Shown here: positions 17,156-28,065 of the stretch, one piece after another | Numbering within the stretch: the first letter of the stretch is position 1 | How the letters are laid out: every line of letters begins with the position of its first letter | Made by a program: the position numbers and the translations under genes | Origin: an uncultured Chloroflexia bacterium | GTDB lineage: Bacteria; Chloroflexota; Anaerolineae; CG2-30-64-16 | Direction: 5' to 3' | DNA length: 64,000 nt | Assembly: GCA_963774265.1 (NCBI GenBank) | Contig: CAVZDU010000007.1 | Location: forward strand, 288,001 to 352,000 | The notes under the pieces: generated by a model | What the model saw: only the letters and a program-made list of their open reading frames with translations | What the model was told of the DNA's origin: nothing | Database searches by the model: none

Positions 17156-18659
17156 CGTCCGCGGCGGTTGTGCGCTCTCGGAGCCCCTTCAGGCACTCCA
17201 GTGCATCCATCAAGCTCAGCGCGGTATGATAGCCGGGATCGGCGTCGGGGTAGGCCGGCGCCACATCAGAAACGCGACCTGCCCCATCACGTAGTTTTAC
17301 AGCCATCAGGTGGATGTCGGGACGAACGTAGTTTTCTACAAACGCGTTGTGGCACTGCGCCGCAATACTCAAGCACGCAGCGTAGTCCTTCCTGGTCGAG
17401 GAAATGGCGGCCGCGGCCAGCGCCGCGCGGATCGTCTCGGGCAGGCTCCACCATGGCATCGTGTCGTCGATCGACCGTCGTGTAAGCAGGTTCACGCTCT
17501 TGCGGATGCCGCCGAGGGAAGGTCGAAAGCCGTTGTCGAAGGCGCGCGCCAGGACCGGGGTCATCAATCCCTCGAGATGGGTCAATTCTCCCCATTGCTC
17601 GGGTGTGATCGATTCCATCCGCCGCGCCACCGCGCAGAACTTCAGAAACAACCCCACGAACTCCAGCGCGTGGCCGGGATCCGCGATGATGCGGCCCACC
17701 TCATCGACGTGCGGCTCGCCTTCAGGGGTGATGAACTCTACCAGGTCATTCTGGCGTAACGCAGGCCAACGGGTGGCGAGATTGACGTGTGCATACAGGA
17801 CGCGCCGCGCCAGGCGCAATCCCATCTCGGCGGATGCCGGCCCGGGTTCGTGGCGCGCAAAATGCGTCGCCATACCCAACGCGATCATGTGGGGACCATG
17901 GGCGAAGCCCCCTGCGGCGGACACTACTGACGCAAGGCGGGCCGGTTGTGGCTGGTCAGTGCGGAAACGAAGCGCAAGAATGTCATCGTAGACTGCGCGG
18001 CAGTAAGCGCGCGCTTCATCCAGCGCTGCTTCGTTGCCGAGGAAATGCGCGGCCGCGAGCATGCCTTTGGCCGCAAAGAGATCGCTGTAGTTGTGCGGCG
18101 CGGGCGCATCCAGCGCCACCCGCAGTTGACGATGTTGCGCATCTACAGTGATCGGCATGCCGTCTGGCAGCATGGTGAAATACAGGTGTCCCCCGTATTG
18201 GGCTCGTGCCGCGCGAAGCTGCGCCAACAGTGCGGCAGTCAGCCTGCGGGTACGCGCCAGCAGCGCATCCACCCGGGGGTCGCCTGCCCATGCCCCAAGC
18301 CACACGCCGAACGTGGCCAGCCCTTCCAGGCCGCGACCCTGCACCCAGCCGCTCACGAGACCGGGGCCGAAGCGTGGGTCGGCTGCCGGCAGATCTGCCC
18401 CCGTGGTCAGATCGAGGCGAGTGTCGATCCAGGGATGCAGCGGCCCGCGTTCCGACCGGTCGAGGATTGTGCGGAACTGCGTAACGATCATGGCCTCATA
18501 AGGCTCGCGTATAGCATCCAGATCGAACACGTCCGGCTGAGTTGGCAGCAGGATCGGCCGATATTGAGCGGTGAACGGGGTTTGCATCAGTGCGCCTCCA
18601 GGCGCCACTATAATAGTGAACGCTCGCCGCGGCAAACCTGGCCGCGGATTCTCGCTCAT
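17136..18659 (-). CDS. AGE (N-acylglucosamine 2-epimerase)-superfamily protein
   Basis: QGRG, YSDLF, HGPHM, DPGHALEF, WWSLPET and DPGYHT place the (alpha/alpha)6 catalytic His/Glu residues. Confidence 0.7.
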   Translation of the reverse strand: MSENPRPGLPRRAFTIIVAPGGALMQTPFTAQYRPILLPTQPDVFDLDAIREPYEAMIVTQFRTILDRSERGPLHPWIDTRLDLTTGADLPAADPRFGPGLVSGWVQGRGLEGLATFGVWLGAWAGDPRVDALLARTRRLTAALLAQLRAARAQYGGHLYFTMLPDGMPITVDAQHRQLRVALDAPAPHNYSDLFAAKGMLAAAHFLGNEAALDEARAYCRAVYDDILALRFRTDQPQPARLASVVSAAGGFAHGPHMIALGMATHFARHEPGPASAEMGLRLARRVLYAHVNLATRWPALRQNDLVEFITPEGEPHVDEVGRIIADPGHALEFVGLFLKFCAVARRMESITPEQWGELTHLEGLMTPVLARAFDNGFRPSLGGIRKSVNLLTRRSIDDTMPWWSLPETIRAALAAAAISSTRKDYAACLSIAAQCHNAFVENYVRPDIHLMAVKLRDGAGRVSDVAPAYPDADPGYHTALSLMDALECLKGLRERTTAADVKPVAL

Positions 18660-18722
18660 TGCCGCCCTGCCCGAGCACTGGTATCATATGGGTGGTCCTG
18701 ATAGCCAGCACGGGAGGGTCAC

Positions 18723-19862
18723 GTGATCAAGCAGGAAGCCAAGATAACGCAGGATGCGGTGCGGCAGTCGAATACCTCGGGCGTGCAGCGCTCCCGAGCG
18801 GATATATATGTGCTCATCACACTGATCTCGCTGGCTTTTTCGGTGATCGGCACGCGTATCTTTCTGGAGCTGACTGGCTATCCTCAAATCGGCACCAGCA
18901 CCCTGCACATTGCGCACGCGATCTGGGGTGGGTTGCTGCTCTACGCAGCCGCGCTGCTGCCCTTGATCCTGGCCAATCGCTGGGCACTGTATCTGAGTGC
19001 GGGCTTGAACGGACTGGGCGCGGGGCTGTTCATCGATGAGGTCGGTAAGTTCATCACGCGCGATCTTAACTACTTCTATCGGCCGGCCGCGCCGCTGGTT
19101 TACTCGTTCTTCCTGCTCAGTGTGTTGCTCTACCAGTACGTGCGCAGGCTGAAGCGTGAGGCTCCTCGCACCCAGCTTTATCACGCTTTCGAAGAACTAC
19201 AAGAGGTCCTGGACAACGACCTGGATCAGCGCGAGTACGAACAAATCGTCGGCTGGCTGCGCAGCGCACGCCGGGCGGAGTCGGCGCACCTGGCGCAATT
19301 AGCTGATGTGCTGGAATCGTATTTGCGTGATCCCGCGACGCCAGTCTACCCAATCAAGCCGACACGTTGGAGCCGTTTCCAGGCGACGCTGGACAATTGG
19401 GGCAAGCGTCTGAGTCCCAGGTTGCATCGTGTTCTGGTGATGCTGGTGATGGCGGCGGTCGCAGTCGTCGCTACCGCAGGGACAGTGCGGCTGGTGTGGA
19501 CCGCGCTCCAACCCGGGCCATTTCGTGAGGCTTTGGCCAGCGTCTTGTTGGCGGAGGGTGATCTCGAAGCTCTGACTGATGTGGGGTGGCGTCTGTTGCG
19601 GTTGGGCCTGGAAGGGGCCGTGGGACTCGTGGCCTTTGTCGCCCTCATCCAAATGATCCTCCGCCACGCTGACCTGGGCACCCGGCTGGGCGTCTTCAGC
19701 CTGGTCCTGTCGCTGACCACTGCCAACATTCTCAATTTCTACCTGGATCAGTTCGCTGCAACGATGACAGCGCTGCTCGAGTTTGGCGCACTGCTCATTA
19801 TTCTCACCTATCGTTCCTGGCGGCTGCGTCCACAAGTCAGCGTTCCTCTGAACTATGTATAG
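18723..19862 (+). CDS. Hypothetical polytopic membrane protein
   Basis: About 8 TM helices; TGYPQIG..LHIAH..WGG and GLFIDEVGKFIT..NYFY motifs. Confidence 0.8.
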   Translation: MIKQEAKITQDAVRQSNTSGVQRSRADIYVLITLISLAFSVIGTRIFLELTGYPQIGTSTLHIAHAIWGGLLLYAAALLPLILANRWALYLSAGLNGLGAGLFIDEVGKFITRDLNYFYRPAAPLVYSFFLLSVLLYQYVRRLKREAPRTQLYHAFEELQEVLDNDLDQREYEQIVGWLRSARRAESAHLAQLADVLESYLRDPATPVYPIKPTRWSRFQATLDNWGKRLSPRLHRVLVMLVMAAVAVVATAGTVRLVWTALQPGPFREALASVLLAEGDLEALTDVGWRLLRLGLEGAVGLVAFVALIQMILRHADLGTRLGVFSLVLSLTTANILNFYLDQFAATMTALLEFGALLIILTYRSWRLRPQVSVPLNYV

Positions 19863-19936
19863 CTCGTTTATGTCTTTTTTCTGAGCTTGACAGGTGGCGG
19901 TATCATATTAGCAATGAATGGTACGGAGGGAGCCTA

Positions 19937-20601
19937 ATGAGCCCACTTTTCCGCGCCCATTTCGACATGGAACTGGCCCAGCTAAACGAGAGCGTGCTGG
20001 ACATGGGCAGTCGCGGCGGCAGGCAGTGGCCGCAAGCGTCCGCGCGCTGCTGGACAACGATCTCGACCTCGCTGCGGAGGTGGTGGCTGGCGACATGGCC
20101 ATCAACGATCTGCGCTTCCGAATTGAGAAGCAATGCTACGCTCTCCTCGTGATGGAGCAGCCGGTGGCGGGCGACATGCGCACGATCGTCGCGGCGCTGA
20201 CGATTGCCAGCGAGTTGGAGCGCGTGGGCGACCACGGAAAGCGAATCGCGAAATTGCAGCAGCGACAGCCGAATATTCCCAGCTCCATCCCGCTGTCCGG
20301 CATTGACCGTATGTGCGAATTGTCGCTCGAACTGATCGACCGTTCACTTCAGGCCTACGCCAGCCGGGATGTGAGTGCTGCCAAGCAAATCTGCAAGGAC
20401 GATGATGAAGTCGACGCATTGTACAAGCAGACTTTCAACATCACATTGAGCTACATGCTCGAAAACGTCAAGGCAATCGGACCCGGCACATACCTGATCC
20501 AGGTGGGCCATGAGCTTGAGCGCGTCGGTGATCGGGCCACCAACATTGCCGAGCGGGTCATCTACGCGCAGACCGGGGAATTGATAGATTTGAACGTCTG
20601 A
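19937..20601 (+). CDS. phoU: Phosphate signalling protein PhoU (indel near 20030)
   Basis: QPVAGDMR, ELERVGDH, DDEVDALY and LERVGDRATNIAE. N-terminus MSPLFRAHFD lies in another frame. Confidence 0.92.
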
Positions 20602-20617
20602 GCGTGAGTGAGAGACC

Positions 20618-20742
20618 ATGACTGGTAGACCTGAACGCACCCGCTATCCAGTTGCCGTCCACCTGTTCTTCGTCCGAGATGGTTGCGTGCTCCTTGCGCG
20701 TCGCTTCAACACAGGATGGGAGGACGGCAAGTACAGCGTCCC
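20618..20742 (+). pseudogene. Truncated NUDIX hydrolase N-terminus
   Basis: RYPVAVHLFFVRDGCVLLARRFNTGWEDGKYSVP stops exactly where the Nudix box should start. Confidence 0.65.
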
Positions 20743-20747
20743 CTCAT

Positions 20748-20824
20748 TTTATCCTCTCTTAAGGTGCATGCTAAGACCTCTTAACCTCCCCATAACGATC
20801 GCTTAAGCTAGCCTACGGTATACT
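20748..20824 (+). promoter_or_regulatory. Pho-box array and -10 element of pst operon
   Basis: TTAT/TTAA/CTAA/TTAA/ATAA/TTAA at 20749, 20759, 20771, 20781, 20792 and 20803 (about 11-bp period). CTTAACCT at 20780; TATACT at 20819. Confidence 0.7.
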
Positions 20825-20865
20825 AATCACTTGGTTTGGCTTTGCACTTGCACCGGGGAGGATTC

Positions 20866-21759
20866 ATGCGGGGAAAGATGGTAAGGCGGCTGCTCGTTGG
20901 ACTGGCGCTGGTTGTGCTTGTGGCAGGCGGATGTGGCCGGGGGCAGACAGCGACTGCTGTGCGGGACGATGGATCGAGTGCCGCCAGCCAGACGATCGAC
21001 AACAAGGGTTCGGATACGCTGGTCAACCTGGCGCTGGCGTGGGCAGAGAGTTATATGGGCGCCCACCCCGATATGCGCATCTCGGTGACGGGGGGCGGCA
21101 CTGGCACCGGCATCGCTGCCATGTTGAACGGCACCGTCGATATCGCCAACGCATCGCGCGCGATGAAGGACGAGGAGAGCACCGCGGCCAAGGCCAACGG
21201 CATTGACGCCGCTCGAGCATGTCGTGGCGGGCGACGCAATCGCCGTCGTCGTCCATCCCGAAAACCCGGTGAACGGCTCACGCTGCAGCAGCTCTCCGAC
21301 ATCTATACCGGCAAGATCCAAACTGGCAGGAGATCGGAGGCGAGGACCGGCCGATCGTCCTGCTCTCGCGTGAGTCCAACTCCGGGACGTACGTGTATTT
21401 TCTTGGAGAATGTCGTTCGCCTGGGCGAAAAGAGCGATCTGCTCTTTTCGCCGGAAACGCTGCTGATGCCATCCTCGGAGGGCATCAGCGCGGAGGTGCG
21501 CCAGAATCCCAACGCCATCGGCTACGATGGGCTGGGCTACGTGACTCCCGATCAGAAGGTGATCGCCGTGGCGAAGGACGGCAACAGCCCATATGTGTTT
21601 CCCTCCGAAAACGGTGAAGGATGGCACCTATCCGATCTCGCGCGAGTTATTCATGTATACAGCCGGGGAGCCACAAGGACAGGTAAAGCGTATCTGGACT
21701 GGGTTCGAGCGAGGGGCAGGGTGATGGTGGCGCTCGGTTTTGTACCGCTGACAAAGTGA
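20866..21759 (+). CDS. pstS: Phosphate-binding lipoprotein PstS (several indels)
   Basis: Lipobox VAGGC, KGSDTL, VTGGGTGTGIAA, DIANASR, RESNSGT (shifted frame) and NAIGY. Confidence 0.9.
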   Translation: MRGKMVRRLLVGLALVVLVAGGCGRGQTATAVRDDGSSAASQTIDNKGSDTLVNLALAWAESYMGAHPDMRISVTGGGTGTGIAAMLNGTVDIANASRAMKDEESTAAKANGIDAARACRGGRRNRRRRPSRKPGERLTLQQLSDIYTGKIQTGRRSEARTGRSSCSRVSPTPGRTCIFLENVVRLGEKSDLLFSPETLLMPSSEGISAEVRQNPNAIGYDGLGYVTPDQKVIAVAKDGNSPYVFPSENGEGWHLSDLARVIHVYSRGATRTGKAYLDWVRARGRVMVALGFVPLTK

Positions 21760-21790
21760 AGGGATGACGATAGCGAGGAGTCTCTTGGCA

Positions 21791-22709
21791 GTGACATCTC
21801 GGGCGCAACCTCAGCGCCCGGACGGGCTTGAGCTGAGATTTACCCGTTGAAGCGACTCGTGCGGGTGGACCGCAGGGTTCTCGACCATCGGCTTCGTCCT
21901 GCTGATCTTTCTGTTCCTGCTGCGCGAGGGTATTCCGTTTTTCGTGGAGATCCTCGCTCGGCAAGCTCGTTGGCCGCGTTGGTACCCAACCTTTGATCTG
22001 TTCGGCATCCTGCCGTTGATCCTCGGTTCGATCCTGGTCACGATCACGGCGGTCCTGTTCGCGCTGCCTCTGGGCGTGGCGACGGCGGTCTTCGTGCGCG
22101 AGGTGGCCCCATCTGGGCGCGTGAGCATCCTCAAGCCTATGATCGAGGTGCTGGCAGGCATTCCATCGGTGGTGCTCGGCTTCTTCGGCATGACCATGGT
22201 CGCGCCCGCGATCCGGCGAGGGGCTTGGGCGCACCCACCGGGCTGACCGCGTTCACTGGCGCGCTGATCCTGGCCTACATGGCCCTGCCGACGATCATCA
22301 GCGTGGCCGAGGATGCGCTTGATGCGGTGCCGAAAGGCTATCGTGATGCGAGCCTCGCGATGGGCGCGACCCAGTGGCAGACGATCTGGCGCGTGGTCGT
22401 GCCGGCGGCCAAATCGGGCATCCTGACGGCGGTCATGCTCGGCATGGGACGGGCGATCGGCGAGACGATGGTGGTGATGATGGTGACGGGCAATGCGGCG
22501 CGCATGCCCACTACGCTCGACTCCCTGGTGCGACCGGTGCGCACCATGACCGCCACCATCGCCGCCGAGATGGGCGAGGTAGCCAGGGCAGCACCCACTA
22601 TCATGCCCTGTTCGGCATCGGGATCGTCCTGTTTCTGCTGACGTTCCTCATCAATCTGGTGGGCGCTTCCGCTATCTTCCGGAAGCGGCGGCGCGGAGGA
22701 TTACGCTGA
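21791..22709 (+). CDS. pstC: Phosphate ABC permease PstC (indels)
   Basis: FGILPLILGS, IEVLAGIPSVV, LPTIISVAEDA and GRAIGETM across three frames. Confidence 0.88.
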
Positions 22710-23599
22710 TGCTGGAACTGCTCGCGTTCAACCCGCTAGCGCCAGCTCCGCACGGCGCTACCTGATCCAGCGCATCGGCTACGCGTTGTTGGTATTGGCT
22801 ACTCTGCTTGTGGTGATCCCCATCCTCTTCGTCATCGGAGCGATTGTCGTTCGGGGGTTGCCTGCTATCTCGCTGGGAGTTCATCTTCGGCAATGCCGAG
22901 CGACGGCATGAAGGCCGGCGGCATCTGGCCGGCCATCGTCGGCACGCTTCTTCTGACCGCCGGCACCGCCATCGTCGCCATCCCGATCGGGGTTGGTGGC
23001 GCCATTTACCTGTCCGAGTACGCGCGTGACAACCACGGTGACTCGTGCTATCCGTCTGGCCATCGTCAACCTGGCCGGTATCCCGTCAGTGGTCTACGGC
23101 CTGTTCGGGTTGGGCCTGTTCGTCCTGTTCTTGAATTTCGGTACATCGATTGTGGCCGGCGCGCTGACCCTGGCCATCATGACCCTGCCCATCATTATCA
23201 GCACGGCTGAGGAGGCGCTGCGCGCAGTGCCCGTCGAGTTCCGCACCGTGAGCGCGTCGCTTGGCGGCACACGTTGGCAGGGCATCCGCAACATCGTGCT
23301 GCCTCAGGCGCTGCCAGGCATCATCACCGGCGTGATCCTGGGCCTTCTGCGCGCGGCCGGCGAGACGGCGCCGATTCTGTTCACTGTGGCCGCCTTTTAT
23401 CTGCCCAGGCTGCCTCGCTCGCCATTCGACCAAACCATGGCCCTGCCGTACCATCTGTACGTCATCAGCACCCAGGTGCCTGGTATGCCGGAGCAGATCC
23501 AATACGGCACGGCGCTCGTGCTCCTGGTGTTGGTGCTGTCGCTGAACCTGTTGGCGACGTGTGATCCGCAACTTCTTCGGCGGCAAGCGCCAATGGTGA
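22709..23599 (+). CDS. pstA: Phosphate ABC permease PstA (indels)
   Basis: GGIWPAIVGT, IYLSEY, NLAGIPSVVYGLFG and RAAGETAP; true end KRQW* at 23599. Confidence 0.88.
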
Positions 23600-23601
23600 C
23601 A

Positions 23602-24370
23602 ATGAACGACACCCAACCACGTCAAAATCCGTTTCGACCAGGTCTCGTACTTGTATGGCAGCAGCAGGTGCTGAAGGATGTCACTCTGGACGTTGCGGCC
23701 AACGCGGTGACCGTCTTTCTTGGCCCGGCAGGCAGCGGCAAATCGACCCTGCTGCGCCTGATCAACCGGCTCAACGACCTGCTCGACGACACGCGGCTGG
23801 CGGGCCAGATCACCATCGATGGCGAGGATATTTACGGCCGTGGCCTTTCAGTGCCGCAGCTCCGCCGCCGGGTGGGCATGGTATTTGCCCTGCCTTTGCC
23901 GCTGCCGGGTACGATCCGTGAGAATATCATCTATGGTCCCCGGCTGGCTGGCGTACGTGATCGGGCGCGGCTGGAGGAGACGGTTGTGCGCTGTCTGACA
24001 CAGGCGGCCCTGTGGGACGAGGTCAAGGATCGGCTCGACCAGCCGTCCATCTCCCTGTCCGGTGGGCAGCAGCAGCGACTTGTGCATCGCTCGCAGTCTG
24101 GCGCTTGAACCGGAGGTGCTGCTTCTCGACGAGCCAACCTCCGGCCTCGACCCCATCTCCACAGGCAAGGTCGAAGAGTCGCTGCTCGACGCTGAAAAGA
24201 CATACACGATCATCATCGTGCCGCACAGCGTCCAACAGGCTGCGCGTGTGGCTGACGATGCGGCGTTCTTTCTTCTCGGCGATCTGGTGGAGCATCAGGA
24301 GGGTCGCGAGTTGTTCACTTCGCCGAAAGACAAGCGGACCGAGGATTACATTACCGGGCGTTTTGGGTGA
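23602..24370 (+). CDS. pstB: Phosphate ABC ATPase PstB copy 1 (indels)
   Basis: [30 protein letters not shown] and EDYITGRFG. Confidence 0.88.
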
Positions 24371-24373
24371 GTC

Positions 24374-25148
24374 ATGGCCAATATCGACGTAGAGCATCTG
24401 AATTTCTATCTACGGCCCCAAGAAGGCCCTGACCGATGTGAACCTTAAGGTGCCCGAGCGCAAGATCACCGCGCTGATTGGCCCTTCGGGTTGTGGCAAG
24501 TCCACGTTTTTGCGTTGTCTCAACCGCATGAATGACACGATCAAGGGCACACGCGCCGAGGGCAGCGTACGCCTGGAGGGTCAAGACATCTACGCGGCCA
24601 CTACAGACGTGGTGGACCTTCGCCGGCGAGTCGGTATGGTGTTTCAGCGTCCTAATCCGTTCCCTCAGTCTGTGTTCGATAATGTTGCGTTCGGACCTCG
24701 AGTGCTTGGCACCAGCTCTCGGAATGAAATTGCCGACATCGTGGAGCAGAGCCTGCGCGACGTGCGATCTTTGGGATGAGGTTAAGGACGGTCTGAACAA
24801 GGACGCCTTGAGGTACTCTCTGGGCCAGCAGCAACGCTTGTGCATCGCGCGTGTCATTGCAGTCAAGCCCGAAGTCATCCTGATGGACGAGCCTGCGTCC
24901 GGCGCTCGACCCGATCAGCACCCTGCAGCATCGAAGATCTGATGCGCAGGCTCTCTGAAAACTACACGATCGTCATCGTCACGCACAACATGCAGCAGGC
25001 CGCGCGGGCATCGGATATCACTGCCATGATGATGTTGACGGATGACAAGAAGTCCGGCACGGTGATCGAAGTTGGTCCAACCAGCGATATCTTCCTGCAG
25101 CCGAAGGATAAGCGGACCGAGGGCTACGTCACCGGGCGTTACGGTTGA
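24374..25148 (+). CDS. pstB: Phosphate ABC ATPase PstB copy 2 (indels)
   Basis: [36 protein letters not shown] and EGYVTGRYG. Confidence 0.88.
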
Positions 25149-25154
25149 TCTGAT

Positions 25155-26888
25155 ATGACCGCTCTCAAACGGCTCTTGCGCTATCTGCGTCCTTATTGGC
25201 GCAGGCTCGTGGTTACAACCTTCCTGGTGTTCCTCAATACGGGCATCGGGCTCCTGCCGCCCCTATTCCAACGCTCGATTGTCGACGACGCGATCGGACG
25301 GCAGCAGCTTCATCTGGTCGTCCCGTTGATGGGCGGCCTGGTCGTCGTGTACGCGCTTGGCGGCCTGACCGAGTTCGGGGACCAATTCCTGCGCCATACG
25401 ATCGGTGAGCGCTTCCTTTACGACCTGCGCGTCCGGCTCTACGACCACCTGCAGCGGCTGTCCTTGTCATTCTTCGAGCGGACCTCGACCGGCGAGCTGA
25501 TGTCGCGGGTGAGCAACGACGTGAACGCGTTGGAGCAATTCATCACCCACGGCACCATTCTCACGGCGGTGGCGTTTGTGCGGCTCTTCGGCGCTACGAT
25601 TATCCTGCTGACCCTCGAATGGCGGCTGGCACTCCTCTCGCTGCTGCCGGTCCCACTGATCGCATTGGGCCTCCGCTGGTTCAACCGTCGCGCCCGTCCC
25701 ATTTATCGCAGGGTGCGCGACCGGCTGGGCGACATCAACGCACGGCTTCAGGACGATTTGGCCGGCATCCGTGTCATCCAGGCGTTCGGACAGGAAGCTG
25801 TGGAGCTCGAACGGTTTCGCAGCGTGAGCGCCACCTACATGGGCGAGCGAATTGCGTCCATCAAGACCTGGTCGACGTTCTTTCCTGCGCTGGGCTTTCT
25901 TTCCAACCTTGGTGGCGTGCTAGTGCTCGGCGCGGGGGCGTATATGGTCGTGCAAGGGCAGGTCACTCTCGGCACCCTGGTTGCGTTCTTGTCCTACATC
26001 GTGGCCTTCTACGAACCAATTCGCCGTCTGACAGACATCGACAACATCATTCAGCAGGCTGGGGCTGCAGGCGACCGCATATTTGAGCTACTCGATGAGA
26101 CGCCGGACATCCGAGACGCAGATGATGCGGTGGCGGTGCACAATGTACGGGGTGAGGTGCAATTCGAGAACGTCCATTTTGACTACGGCGACGGCGAAGA
26201 GGTGCTCCACGACGTGAATTTCCACGTGCAGCCAGGAGAGGTGGTCGCGTTGGTGGGTCCCAGCGGCGCCGGCAAAACGAGCATCGCTAACCTGCTGTGT
26301 CGTTTCTACGACCCGACGCACGGCCGGGTTTTGCTCGACGGCCACGACTTGCGCGGCGTGCAGATCGATTCTCTGCGCCAGCACGTCGCTGTCGTCCTTC
26401 AGGATACCTTTCTCTTCAACGGCAGCGTCCGTCGCAACCTGCTGTACGGCAAGCCCCACGCGACCGAAGCGGAGTTGTTTGCTGCCGCCCAGGCCGCGTA
26501 TGCCCACGATTTCATATTGTCCCTGCCCGAGGGGTATGATACAGAGATTGGCGAACGAGGTGTGAAGCTGAGCGGCGGACAGCGCCAGCGTCTTGCACTT
26601 GCGCGTGCCATCCTGGCCGACCCGCGCGTCCTGATTCTTGATGAGGCCACCTCATCTGTGGACGCGGAAGCGGAATACCTGATTCAACAGGCATTGGAGG
26701 AGGTGCTCAAGGGCCGCACCGCGCTGGTGATCGCTCATCGTCTCAGCACCATCCGCAATGCAGACAAAATCATCGCGCTGGAAAACGGCCGAATTCGGGA
26801 GGTCGGCAACCACAGCGAGTTGCTGGCGCGCAATGGGCTGTACAGCAAGCTGTATCAGCGACAGATGGAGTTGTCCGCCGAAAATTGA
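25155..26888 (+). CDS. ABC exporter, fused permease/ATPase (MsbA-like)
   Basis: 6-TM domain, GPSGAGKT, LSGGQRQR and LDEATSS. Confidence 0.93.
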   Translation: MTALKRLLRYLRPYWRRLVVTTFLVFLNTGIGLLPPLFQRSIVDDAIGRQQLHLVVPLMGGLVVVYALGGLTEFGDQFLRHTIGERFLYDLRVRLYDHLQRLSLSFFERTSTGELMSRVSNDVNALEQFITHGTILTAVAFVRLFGATIILLTLEWRLALLSLLPVPLIALGLRWFNRRARPIYRRVRDRLGDINARLQDDLAGIRVIQAFGQEAVELERFRSVSATYMGERIASIKTWSTFFPALGFLSNLGGVLVLGAGAYMVVQGQVTLGTLVAFLSYIVAFYEPIRRLTDIDNIIQQAGAAGDRIFELLDETPDIRDADDAVAVHNVRGEVQFENVHFDYGDGEEVLHDVNFHVQPGEVVALVGPSGAGKTSIANLLCRFYDPTHGRVLLDGHDLRGVQIDSLRQHVAVVLQDTFLFNGSVRRNLLYGKPHATEAELFAAAQAAYAHDFILSLPEGYDTEIGERGVKLSGGQRQRLALARAILADPRVLILDEATSSVDAEAEYLIQQALEEVLKGRTALVIAHRLSTIRNADKIIALENGRIREVGNHSELLARNGLYSKLYQRQMELSAEN

Positions 26889-26960
26889 GTTAGCATCAAT
26901 CGTCGAACGTGCGTTGGTCCGCCGGTCGTGATCGACCTGTAGTGAGAGGATCCTTACTTC

Positions 26961-28023
26961 ATGGACGTAATACTGACGGTCGCATTATTCTTGCCGATAT
27001 TGGTAGTTCTTTGGTTGGCCAATCTCAGCCACCGCAAACGCGTTGAGGGCGATCTACGCAGCGAGCGCACCCTTAAGATGCTCAGTTATGGCTTGCTGTT
27101 CCTGCTGTATGGGGGCCTGCTGTTCTTTGGGCTCATGTTCATGGGCATCGGCATGCTGGCCTCTTTCGCGCCGCAGGCGTTCGGAGCAGTTGATCTTGCC
27201 TCGCTGGGCTTTCAGACCGAGCGACTTCCTTGGATGGGAGCAGCGCTGCTCGTGCTGTCTCTGGTTGGGCTGTTGCTGCTGACACGGCCGGCACGGCGCC
27301 TGTTCGCCCGTTTTACGCCGATCGACCCATCTCACCCGGTGCACGCAGTGGCGCTGTCCATGACAGCCCTGGTACTGATCAATCTGGCGTTCACCGTGGC
27401 AGTCGGCCTGGATAACCTCGCCGACATGCTCCAGACCAGCGCGGCAAGCCGGCGTGCAATCCAACCCGGCGCCCGGACTTTGGGCGCAGAACATTACCTT
27501 TGTTTTGATGGGGTTGATCGGTGTGGGCCTGTTTTCCCGTCGGGGCATCGGCGCAGCCCTGACCCGGCTCGGCATCGTCGTGCCATCAATTGGCCAGGTT
27601 ATCCTGGGTGTAGTCGTCGCGCTTGTTATGGTGCCCTTGGTCATTCTGGCGGAATCGTTTGCAAGTCAATTGGGGCTGGGCGCCAGCGAGGGCGTGCAGC
27701 GGCTCACCGAGCAGCTCATCGGCCCTTTGACGATGTCCATCCCGGGCATTCTGACGCTGGGCCTTGCCGCCGCGCTGGGTGAAGAGACGGTCTTTCGCGG
27801 TGCGCTCCAGTCCCGTTTTGGCCTTCTTTTCACGACTTTGCTCTTTGCATTGCTCCACAGCCAATACGGTCTCAGCTTTTCAACGGTTGCGGTTTTCCTG
27901 GTGGGCCTGGTGCTGGGGATTCTGCGACAGCGAGCAAACACGACGACCGCGATGATCACGCATGCGGTGTACAACATGTCGCTGGGGCTGATTTCGTTCT
28001 TGGGCTTGATGCAGAATATATAG
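26961..28023 (+). CDS. CPBP (Abi/CAAX) intramembrane glutamic protease (indel near 27455)
   Basis: GEETVFRG, FALLH and THAVYN motifs; many TM helices; two overlapping ORFs. Confidence 0.85.
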
Positions 28024-28028
28024 GCCGT

Positions 28029-28057
28029 GTATGGCCGGATTTGGGGCCCGGCCATAC
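28029..28057. terminator. Hairpin between convergent genes
   Basis: GTATGGCCGG-9 nt-CCGGCCATAC. Confidence 0.55.
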
Positions 28058-28065
28058 CTCTTCCT

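Noticed and set aside
22993-24108. Apparent PstA-PstB fusion ORF
   Set aside because: An indel near 23560 bypasses the PstA stop at 23599, and PstB has its own ATG at 23602.
19937-25148. Mass pseudogenisation or programmed frameshifting of phoU/pstSCAB (likewise tkt, kdgK, LarA, SDR, gap, glgC, uidA)
   Set aside because: The lesions seen are small indels rather than substitutions to stops. They hit core genes and cluster by region, with no shared slippery motif. Most likely long-read consensus errors; read pileups would settle it.
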